Below are positions 1 to 8,686 of a stretch of 13,883 nt of DNA, in pieces. Position 1 is the stretch's first letter; the number at the start of each line of letters is the position of its first letter. The DNA lies in the NCBI GenBank assembly GCA_965246715.1, contig CBDFFH010000004.1, positions 1 to 13,883 of the forward strand, in the 5' to 3' direction. The notes beneath the pieces are model-generated. The model saw nothing but the letters and a program-made list of their open reading frames with translations. It was not told where the DNA came from and did not search any database. Origin of the DNA: Chamaesiphon sp. GTDB lineage: Bacteria; Cyanobacteriota; Cyanobacteriia; Cyanobacteriales; Chamaesiphonaceae. Both the position numbers and the translations under genes were made by a program.

Positions 1-1202
1 TAGATCTTCGGCTGTCAGCCACCAATCGACGGAATGGTTCGCCATAGTCGTAAATGCTGCTTTGTTTTGGAAGGAAAGCCCAGCAATATTGGGCGATTCG
101 GCGGCAATCATCTCGCCATTTACCTTGCCCAAAAGCTGGACGTGACCCATCGGGTAGTTGAAATCTGGCTCACCCCAATAGAAATCATTAATTGCCATTG
201 TCTTCTGAAATACCGTTGGATTTTCTTTCAAACTCAGGCCGATAATGGCTCCATTTTGATGCTTCATTAGATTTCGCCCCACCAAATCCGAACTATTAGC
301 CAATCCATTCAGGTGCTTTTCATTTGCAGAGCGGAGCAGCAAGGCGGCGGAATTAATCGCACCACAGGCAACCACGACAATATCTCCCGAAAATCGGTGC
401 ATTTCGCCATCAATTTCAGCCACTACTGCCGTCACCTCGCGACCAGAAGCACTAGTCAGCAACCGTTCCACCTTGGCTTCAGTAATTAAAGTAACATTAT
501 CGAATTGCTCCGCCGGACGGATGCAAGTCACATCGGCATCGCCCTTGGCATCCACCAGACAGGGAAATCCATCACAGGTATTACAGCGAATACACTCACT
601 CAACCGCCGATCGACTTCATTGAGTTTAATCGCCATCGGCATGTAAAACGGGTGTAAACCCTTACCTTTTAACGCATCATTAATTTCCTGAATGCGCGGT
701 GCGTGCCCAATGGCGGGAAAGGGATAGGCTCCGCTGGCGGGTGGTTCGGTGGGATCGATCCCATGTTGCCCGTGGACTCCGTAAAGTTGCTCGGCTTGAG
801 TGTAATAGGGTTCAAAATCTTGGTATTTGAGTTGCCAGGATGGTGAGATGCCGCCTTTGTGAACGACTCGATCGAAATCTCGTTGGCGAAGCCTCTCCCC
901 CTGGAGAATCGCGCCACCGGAAGAGGGCACCACCGTAGACTTTGGTATTGCCGCCGACACAGTACCCTACGCCGGGATGCAGTTCGTGTCCTTTCGGGTC
1001 GTACCAAACTTCCTTGGTATGGTAGCGGTCTTTTTGAACGACTTGTATGTATGGTGTCCCAGTTGGCTTTCTCTCTGGGTAGAAAGGAACCACGCTCTAG
1101 AATGAGGATTTTCTTACCCGTGGGTGCGAGGTGGTAGGCACGGGTGCCGCCACCTGCACCCGTGCCGATGATGATGAGGTCGTAATGAGTAGTGGTTGTC
1201 AT
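1..1202 (-). pseudogene. GMC (glucose-methanol-choline) oxidoreductase, frameshifted; 3' end runs off the window
   Basis: N-terminal FAD motif YDLIIIGTGAGGG...ILILERG. Continues in a second frame (IQVVQKDRYHTKEVWYD...VGGNTKVYGGALFRWR), then a third frame open to base 1 (DFDRVVHKGGISPSW...CIRCNTCDGFPC...VVVACGAINSAALLLRS...GLANSSDLVGRNLMKH). Shifts are explained by a 4-nt duplication (GTATGTAT, 1045-1052) and a 25-nt insertion (883-907). Confidence 0.9.
883..907. mobile_element. 25-nt small dispersed repeat (SDR5-like), copy A, inserted in CG^ATCG inside the GMC gene
   Basis: CG[TTGGCGAAGCCTCTCCCCCTGGAGA]ATCG. Removing it restores TCGATCGC and the reading FRWRDRDFDRV. Related copies at 13163 and 13532. 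Confidence 0.85.
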
Positions 1203-1248
1203 GGTTGTCTCCGGGGGATTGTGTGGAGTTTTAATTGCTTCGCAGCTA

Positions 1249-2379
1249 TACTTTAAACGGTCATAACCTGAGCTTTGTCAAAATGCTGAAAGCGGAGTGT
1301 GAGCAAGGAATCAAGCTCTTTTTTATGTTGCAGATGAGCATCATTTAGACATTCAGAGATGGCTGATGAGAACTGAGTAAAATCCTCATAATACTTGCCA
1401 TATAAACATTTCTTTTTAACAAACTTCCAGAGCCTTTCAATCAAATTTAGATTGGGCGAATAAGTCGGCAAGTATAGTAATTCTATTTCCAAGGATTTAG
1501 CTAAATCTTGGACAACTCGACATTTTTGGTATCGAGCATTGTCTAAAACCAGAGTAATGGGAATGCTCAGTCCTAGGTCAGCTAATTTTTGCAGAAGTTC
1601 ACAAATCTGAATAGCAGTGATATAGCTGTCATTAGTAACCAAAATAACTTCATGAGTAATGGCATTTAATGCTCCCAGCACATTGAACCGTTTTCTCCCT
1701 GAAGGTGACTTAATAAACAGCCGTTGAAAACACCAAATCATCCCCAAAAAAGCTCCCATGACAAAGTGAGCCGCATCCACGAAGAAAACCGCTCTTTTTC
1801 CTTGTCTTGCCTCTTCTAACCTGGGTTCTAGCTTATTTATTTTATATTCTTCCTGTTCATCGGGATCTGCTTTAGAAGGAATAGCCCCAACTTTCAAACA
1901 TCGCATCCCTATTGATTTCAGGAATTTTTGGATCTGGGTTGGACTGCGTTTAATTCCGGTAAGATTTTCAATCTGATTTACAGCTTCATTTATGGTAGCT
2001 GGAGGATTCAATTTCAAATACTCTTTGATAGTTGTCTGATGTAATTTTAATTCACTTTTGGGTTGATAAAAGTTAATTTCTTTGAGTTTTTCTATACCAC
2101 CAGCCTGATATTGTTGACAATATTTTCTCAATGTATTAGGTGAAATGTTTGCTAGCCTACAAATCATATTTAAAGGTAAGTTTTGACTTTTAAGCCATAA
2201 TACTTCCATCTTCAACTGGACCCTGGGATGAGGATGGTGAAATCTTTCATAATTTAATATTTCTCGATCTTCTTCCGTAAAGTTTAGATTGCTCATCCCT
2301 CAAGCTCCACTTTTTCCTTGACTTTACTAGACTATCATCTCTTCGATCGCCGATGCTCAAGTTATGCCCGTGTAAAGTA
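1249..2379 (-). mobile_element. IS630-family insertion sequence, 1131 bp
   Basis: Terminal inverted repeats TACTTTAAACGGTCATAACCTGAGC and (reverse complement) TACTTTACACGGGCATAACTTGAGC. TA duplicated at 1247-1248 and 2380-2381; empty site reconstructs to cTAg. AT-rich relative to flanks. Confidence 0.93.
1253..2296 (-). CDS. IS630-family transposase (HTH + DDE), single intact ORF, 347 aa
   Basis: Motifs VFFVDAAHF, TLVLDNARYQ, LYLPTYSPNLNLIERLWKFVK; N-terminal HTH; stop codon lies within the terminal repeat. Confidence 0.95.
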   Translation of the reverse strand: MSNLNFTEEDREILNYERFHHPHPRVQLKMEVLWLKSQNLPLNMICRLANISPNTLRKYCQQYQAGGIEKLKEINFYQPKSELKLHQTTIKEYLKLNPPATINEAVNQIENLTGIKRSPTQIQKFLKSIGMRCLKVGAIPSKADPDEQEEYKINKLEPRLEEARQGKRAVFFVDAAHFVMGAFLGMIWCFQRLFIKSPSGRKRFNVLGALNAITHEVILVTNDSYITAIQICELLQKLADLGLSIPITLVLDNARYQKCRVVQDLAKSLEIELLYLPTYSPNLNLIERLWKFVKKKCLYGKYYEDFTQFSSAISECLNDAHLQHKKELDSLLTLRFQHFDKAQVMTV

Positions 2380-2417
2380 TAGTATGTCGATCTCCCGATC
2401 GGGCACCCGTCCAAAAT

Positions 2418-2472
2418 CCCCTCCAAGGAGGGGTTCCCGATAGGGCGTGGGTGAGGGGCTGGGGGTGGGTTC
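2418..2472. repeat. GC-rich REP-like intergenic palindromic repeat
   Basis: CCCCTCC-AA-GGAGGGG hairpin followed by GTGGGTGAGGGGCTGGGGGTGGG, similar to the repeat at 4724-4796; lies just downstream of the DoxX gene. Confidence 0.6.
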
Positions 2473-2503
2473 TAGGGGCTACGCTACAGGATTTCACAAC
2501 TAT

Positions 2504-3022
2504 CTAGCTTTCCTGAAATTCGTCATCGGTAGTGGTAAGTTCGTATTCTGCCGATCGCGCTCGGCGGCGACTCATTTTCTGGGCATAAGCATCGTAGGCA
2601 ATGCACATCCAGATGAGAGTAATAAAAAGGATGTTTTTGTTAAAGCTTTCAGCGGCATTGGGGAACAGGCTACCAGCAGGGATAATGCCGAATGCTAGCA
2701 CGATGCTGAAGGTCATTAACATTAGTAGCAAACCCGTCCATTTGACCCATAAATTCAGGGCAAATAAGGCTCCCAACACAATTTCAGCAAGTGGTAATAA
2801 CCAGGCATAGGGAATGGCAATAATTCCTGGCAACGGGCCAACTCCTTCCCAGCCCCTGGGGAATGGCCCCCATAACTGAAGTTTTTGGGTGAGAACTGTT
2901 TGATAAAATCCATTTTTAATGCTGAAGTTGAGGTAGTTGGAAATACCAGAAAGAAAGAAAAAGATGCCGAGGGTAACGCGATTGACGGTAACGGCGGTGT
3001 TGAGATTAAATAGAGATTTCAT
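2504..3022 (-). CDS. DoxX-family membrane protein (ATG 3022 preferred; ORF track start 3040)
   Basis: About four hydrophobic helices; DoxX-like pattern RVTLGIFFFLSG...PYAWLLPLAEIVLGALFALNLWVKWTGLL...KNILFI. Confidence 0.8.
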   Translation of the reverse strand: MKSLFNLNTAVTVNRVTLGIFFFLSGISNYLNFSIKNGFYQTVLTQKLQLWGPFPRGWEGVGPLPGIIAIPYAWLLPLAEIVLGALFALNLWVKWTGLLLMLMTFSIVLAFGIIPAGSLFPNAAESFNKNILFITLIWMCIAYDAYAQKMSRRRARSAEYELTTTDDEFQES

Positions 3023-3065
3023 GGTGGTATCATCCTGCAAAAATAAAATGATTTTGGATTTTGGG

Positions 3066-4499
3066 TTATTTGGTAGGAACTTGCTGATTTGGAGCCATCC
3101 GATCGAGTAATGTCGGCATTCCCGTCGAATTCATCTGCTGTTGAAACTGCGTCGGTTGCGCGGCACGCCATACTAGTGGGGTCGCAATTAGGAGACTAGT
3201 CGCGATCGTCGCCATGCCAGACAGCAACGGGGTTTGACCCAGTCGTTTGGCTCGAATGGGGCGATGACGCTGGAAGATTTCATCAGTCAGCCAATCAGCA
3301 GTCACCTTGACGTTATGCCGCAGATTTGGCAGTAACTCTAGATAAGTCCCCGTGCGAATCAGATGTCCTGGTTGACCCTCGATCTTCAACTTGTCGAACA
3401 GGTTGGCAACACCATCATTCAGCCCCAATTTCATTAAAGTGCCGCGCAGATGAACGTTAGCTGGGAGTAAGGCATTGCCCTCTTCCAGCTCCAGCAAATT
3501 TTGAGCGATCGCTTTGCCTTGTTGATAGGCTACTTGGGCGGTAGATGGTTGAGGATCGGTATCGCTAGTGGCACAATCTCCAGCGGCAAATACCTCTGGA
3601 AAGTCGGGCAATTGCAACGTCGGCTTGACGAGCAATCTTCCTCGGCGTTGGCGATGTTCTGGTTTAACTGGTAACTCCATCAGCAAGGGATTTGGCGCGG
3701 TGCCAGCCGTCCAGGCGATCGTGCCAGCTTTAAGGGAATGCCTGCGTTCGCCTTTGGTGAATTCCACCGCATCGGGATGAATGGCGGTGACAGCGGCATC
3801 AAATAGTAATTCCACCCCGCGCTGACGCAGCGATCTCTCGGCACTGCACCGCAAGCGGCTATTGACATCGCCTTTGAGCAGTTCGCGGCTGCGGTTAATC
3901 AGCACCACCCGCACTTCATCAATATCGCCACCCAAATCTTCGTACCACAGGGGCAGTAAATCGCCCAGGGTCAGGGCTAGTTCGATCCCCGCAGGCCCCG
4001 CCCCGATAATTGCGACCGTTAGCAATGGGCAGCGTTCTTTGGGATCTGGAGTTTGAGCCGCCCTCCGTAATTGAGCCTGCAATCGATCGCGTAAGGCGAT
4101 CGCCTCGGCTCCAGAAGTTAGCGGTAGTGCATATTCTGCCGCACCAGGCGTATCAAAGTAGGTGGTCTTGCTGCCCAATGCCAGCACCAAGTTACCGTAA
4201 GCATAATCTCGTCCAGAAGTCAGCAAAACCCGCTTATGGTGCAGATCGATCGCCTGAACGGTATCTTGGACAAATTTAACCCCCGATCCGGCTAGTAGGT
4301 CGATATAGCGGGGATAAACTTGTTTTGCGTGCAGTTCGCCACTGAGCAATTCATAGAGGAGTGGCTTGAAACTAAATCGATCGACACGATCGATTAACAC
4401 AATCGGGTGTTGGTAGTTCTGGTGGCTCAGATGCAGGGCGGTAAATAACCCTACGAAGCCACCTCCCAAAATGATGGTTGGATTGGATGTTTGGTGCAT
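3066..4499 (-). CDS. Type II NADH dehydrogenase-like NAD(P)/FAD-dependent oxidoreductase with hydrophobic C-terminal extension
   Basis: IILGGGFVGL, FKPLLYEL, LVLALGS, AIIGAGPAGIELA, WTAG, VFAAGDCA, TAQVAYQQG. C-terminal hydrophobic stretch LLSGMATIATSLLIATPLVW. Confidence 0.9.
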   Translation of the reverse strand: MHQTSNPTIILGGGFVGLFTALHLSHQNYQHPIVLIDRVDRFSFKPLLYELLSGELHAKQVYPRYIDLLAGSGVKFVQDTVQAIDLHHKRVLLTSGRDYAYGNLVLALGSKTTYFDTPGAAEYALPLTSGAEAIALRDRLQAQLRRAAQTPDPKERCPLLTVAIIGAGPAGIELALTLGDLLPLWYEDLGGDIDEVRVVLINRSRELLKGDVNSRLRCSAERSLRQRGVELLFDAAVTAIHPDAVEFTKGERRHSLKAGTIAWTAGTAPNPLLMELPVKPEHRQRRGRLLVKPTLQLPDFPEVFAAGDCATSDTDPQPSTAQVAYQQGKAIAQNLLELEEGNALLPANVHLRGTLMKLGLNDGVANLFDKLKIEGQPGHLIRTGTYLELLPNLRHNVKVTADWLTDEIFQRHRPIRAKRLGQTPLLSGMATIATSLLIATPLVWRAAQPTQFQQQMNSTGMPTLLDRMAPNQQVPTK

Positions 4500-4590
4500 A
4501 AGTCGATCGGTAACAACAGCATTTAAACCTGCTCTTAGTATCGATCGGGCATCTTGACGGTGAATGATTTTACGCTAAACATTTGCTGAG

Positions 4591-4618
4591 AAAATCGATG
4601 GAATCTGCGATCGATTTT
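4591..4618. promoter_or_regulatory. Inverted repeat in the divergent ndh/DMT intergenic region, possible operator
   Basis: AAAATCGAT-N10-ATCGATTTT, within a larger imperfect IR (TGAGAAAATCGATG / CATCGGTTTCTCA). Confidence 0.3.
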
Positions 4619-4723
4619 TCATCGGTTTCTCACGGAAAACTCAGATTGTTTGTTTATGATTACTGTGGATAATAAATACCAAATCCGCTTTACCCAGACT
4701 TCTTTTGCTAGCGAAATCTCGTC

Positions 4724-4796
4724 GCCCTCACCCTGCCCTCACCTGCGGCTCTGGCTCCCCTCTCCCAAGATTGGGAGAGGGGTTGGGGGTGAGGGC
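4724..4796. repeat. REP-like GC-rich palindromic repeat
   Basis: Outer arms GCCCTCACCC / GGGTGAGGGC; perfect inner 12-bp stem CCCCTCTCCCAA-GA-TTGGGAGAGGGG (4757-4782); left arm tandemly duplicated. Confidence 0.8.
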
Positions 4797-4856
4797 AAGA
4801 TTAGTAGGTTATACCAAATCGCGAATATTTCTCTCCCCCTCCACCCCACACTCCCC

Positions 4857-5909
4857 ATGCCCACTTTCCCCCAACAACTAACAAAAATCACCAACCGCAT
4901 TCCTGGACAAATCTACCTCTGGCTGGCTGTGCCAATCTTCGGTGCTTCTAGTGCCGTCACCCGCAAGATTACCGAGATTGGTGCTGAGAATTTCGTGGGT
5001 GGACACAACCCGATCTCACTGTGTAACGTGTTGTTTGTGGGGAATCTCTGTGCGTTATTGGTACTATGCGCGATTCATAGACAGCAGTGGCATCGCAACA
5101 CCTTGCGGCAAATATCCCGACGGGAGTGGTTCGGGTTGGTAGTTGTCGCGATTTTGGCGGGCGCATTGGCTCCAGGCTTAATCTTTCAAGCACTTGCTGT
5201 AACTCCGGTCACAAATGTGCTGCTGGTGAGTCGATTAGAACCACCGTTAACGATCGCTTTATCAATTTGGCTATTGCGCGAGCGAGTCAACCGCTGGGAA
5301 TTTATGGGGGCGATCGTCGCCTTTATTGGCGTTACTCTGACCATTGTGCTGCAACCTGCTAGGGCAACTACGATGTCAGCAACCGGATTTCAATTTGGGC
5401 TGGGTGAAGTGCTGACCGGATTAGGTGCGATCGCCGTAGCTATTGCCACAATTGTTGGTAAAAAGTGGTTGTCTGAAGTGCCATTAGGCATCTATAACAT
5501 CATGCGGACGGGGTTAGGCACGATCGTCTTTTTTTTCGTGGCATTGGGACTATATGGACGCGCTCATTTTGCGGAGGTACTCTCCCCGTTTTTGTGGCAG
5601 TGGATGCTGTTGTACGGCACAATTATTGTTGTTGTGGGGCAATCGTTTTGGAATGCTGGTCTTCGCACCTCATCGATCGCGACCGCAACTATTATTGGTT
5701 CCTTTACGCCGATTATCGGGATTTTAGCCGCCTATTTTATTTTAGGGGAAGTGCCAACATCAGCCCAATACATTGGGGGAAGTGTAATTTTGCTGAGTCT
5801 ATTTTTAAGTCAAGTGGGAATTAGTAATCGCACAGATTGCCGTAAAATAGTCAATTCTGTGGGTGTGGAACAATCGATCGAATCCAGAATGGGATTCAAA
5901 GGGTTTTAG
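4857..5909 (+). CDS. EamA/DMT-family transporter (~350 aa)
   Basis: About ten TM helices in two repeats; LLVSRLEPPLTIALSIWLLRERV and FTPIIGILAAYFILGEVPT are EamA-like. ATG 4857 chosen because the upstream extension reads through a REP-like repeat. Confidence 0.88.
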   Translation: MPTFPQQLTKITNRIPGQIYLWLAVPIFGASSAVTRKITEIGAENFVGGHNPISLCNVLFVGNLCALLVLCAIHRQQWHRNTLRQISRREWFGLVVVAILAGALAPGLIFQALAVTPVTNVLLVSRLEPPLTIALSIWLLRERVNRWEFMGAIVAFIGVTLTIVLQPARATTMSATGFQFGLGEVLTGLGAIAVAIATIVGKKWLSEVPLGIYNIMRTGLGTIVFFFVALGLYGRAHFAEVLSPFLWQWMLLYGTIIVVVGQSFWNAGLRTSSIATATIIGSFTPIIGILAAYFILGEVPTSAQYIGGSVILLSLFLSQVGISNRTDCRKIVNSVGVEQSIESRMGFKGF

Positions 5910-8686
5910 CAAGGATTAAGAATTACAAGCAAAGCTTTATTTGTTAGCAAGAAAAATAGAAAATTGAGGTTACTATCGAATTTCTTGACCGATCGATTGT
6001 TATGATTGCCGTTCTTGGTTATCAAGCTATTGAAAAACTCTACGAAAGCTCTCGATCGCTGATTTATCGAGCGCGGCGCAGTGTCGATCTCACTCCTGTC
6101 ATCCTGAAAATGTTGAGACAGGAGTATCCATCACCCCAAGCGATTGCCAGGTTTGAGATGGAATACGATATCCTGCGGAGCTTGAATTTGGCTGGTGTTG
6201 TTACCGCTTATGGGTTGGAAACTTTTCAACAGAGCTACTTCATCGTGCTGGAAGATTTTGGTGGAAAATCTTTGCGATCGTGGTTATCCGATCGAACTTT
6301 TAACCTAGCAGAATTTCTCCAATTCCCAGTCCGCTGTCGGATTTGGTGATGAAGTTGTTGGCAAAAAATGCCGAAGATCGCTATCAAACTACTTTGGGTA
6401 TTCAAGCAGATTTGCAAGCCTGTCTCAGCCAACTTCAGCAAACCCAAGCGATTACCGATTTTGCGATCGGTCGTGGGGATATTTCTAGTACTTTACAAAT
6501 TCCCCAAAAACTGTATGGCAGAGAACAGGAAGTACAGCAATTATTAGCTGCGCTGGAGCGAGTTGGTAGTGAAGATTGTCAGAGCGAACTGATGTTAATG
6601 TCTGGCTATTCGGGGATTGGTAAAACTACATTAGTCCGAGAATTATATCAACCAATTACGCGCCAACGTGGATATCTTATTACGGGTAAGTTCGAGCAAT
6701 TGCAACGCAATCTGCCTTATTCGGCAGTAATTCAGGCATTTCGATCGCTGATTAAACAACTATTAACTGAAACCTCAGCCCAACTCGAGCAGTGGCGATC
6801 GCGATTGTTAGCAGCTTTAGGTGACAATGCGAGGGTGGCGATCGATATTATTCCCGATCTGGAATTGTTAATTGGCGAACAACCAAAAGCGATCGATTTA
6901 CCACCTGCGGAATTGCAAAACCGATTTCATATGGTGTTAGAAAAGTTTATTGGGGTATTTACTCAATCTGTTGTCACTGACGATCTGCAAACCATTTATC
7001 CGCTGGTAATTTTTCTAGACGATTTGCAATGGGCAGATCGAGCATCCTTGCAATTAATTCAACAATGGCTAACCGGATTTAACGATCGACATTTGTTGGT
7101 AATTGGGGCTTATCGAGATAATGAGGTCGATGCTACCCATCCATTAATGCGATCGATCTCGGAAATTCAGCGTTCTGGTGGGACGGTGCATCAAATTGAA
7201 TTACCACCGTTAGGATTGGCGGATCTGCATTGTCTCGTTCGAGATACGTTCCATTGCGATTCCGAATTATCTTTGGCTTTAGCCCGATTGACACTAGAAA
7301 AAACCAATGGTAATCCATTTTTTATCAATGAATTTTTGAGATATTTGAATCGAGAAGGAGCGATCGAATTCGATCTCGATCGAGGTAAATGGCAGTGGGA
7401 TTTAGAGCAGATTCAGACAGCGCGACTATCCGATAACGTTGTGGAATTGGTGACAATGCGACTGCAACATCTACCGATCGAGACTCAACGAATTCTTTCT
7501 TTAGCAGCTTGTATCGGCAGTCAATTTAATCTCATAACTCTAGCAGTCGTTCGCGATATTCTAACTCAAAATGATTCTGAATCTCTCTCGGAAACCGTCG
7601 ATACTTTACACATTGCTGCCCAAGAAAACTTAATTACACCCCTCAGCGATGACTATAAATATCTTAATACCAATACTCGATTAGCCGATCTAAATTTTGA
7701 TGTTAGTTATCAGTTTTTACACGATCGCATTCAACAAGCTGCTTATGGTTTAATTTCAAGCGATCGACAAGTTGAATATCATTTGGAAATCGGGCGATAT
7801 TTACAACGATCGACTCCTATAGGACAGTTAGAAGATCGAATTTTCGATATTATCGACCATCTCAATCTCGGTGCAAATTTGATTGCAGATCGGTCTCAAA
7901 AGCATGAGTTGGCGCAACTAAATTTAATCGCAGGTCGCAAAGCAAAACTAGCAATCGCTTACGAACCTGCGGTCAGATATCTCACCACAGGATTACAACT
8001 TTTGACAGAATCTAGTGAGCATCTCAAGAATACGATTCCGGCATTATTAGAAGGCGTTAAAAGCGGATTAGAAACAGGTTCGCTCGAATATGCTGGCTAC
8101 AATGCTTTGTATTTTTGCGACCACCTATTCTTTACTAGCGAACCGTTAGCCGTCGTTTTAGAACAGCAGACTCAGCAACTATAATCGATGCGAAAGCTCA
8201 GACAAGATGTGCATATTTCTTACCTGAAAATTTGGCGAATTCTGCTGTTAAAGTTACTCGAAGCACCGCAAACTGACTGGCAATTTTGCGACGAGATTTT
8301 AAATGAAACTGAATTACTCAATTGGTCGATCGCTGCCGACAAGCAAATGTTTGTATTTGCGGCTTATTTAAGTCGATCGATCTGGTTTTATACGATCCAA
8401 GATTATCAACAATCGATCTATTGTGCCCGATTAGCCACAGAATATCAGAGTGGTGTGGTGGGGTTGGTGATGGATGCCGAGCATACATTCTATTATGCAT
8501 TGGCTCTGTCAGCTTATCTATCTGAAAACCCACAAATCGAGCAGTCACAATCTTTAGCAGCGATCGCCAAACATCAAGAAAAACTCCGCCAGTGGTCGAT
8601 TCATGCACCGATGAATTATCTCCATAAATTTCATTTAGTAAAAGCAGAACATTACCGAGTTTTGGGTCGAGATCTAGCAGCCGCCG

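Noticed and set aside
34..1137. Plus-strand ORFs 34..270 and 859..1137
   Set aside because: Antisense shadows of the GMC coding frame with no recognisable motifs.
669..1202. ORFs 669..1202 and 812..1093 as separate genes
   Set aside because: They are frameshifted pieces of one GMC pseudogene with out-of-frame tails.
4650..4856. 69-aa N-terminal extension of the DMT transporter
   Set aside because: It translates a REP-like palindrome (PSPKIGRGVGGEG); ATG 4857 is the more plausible start.
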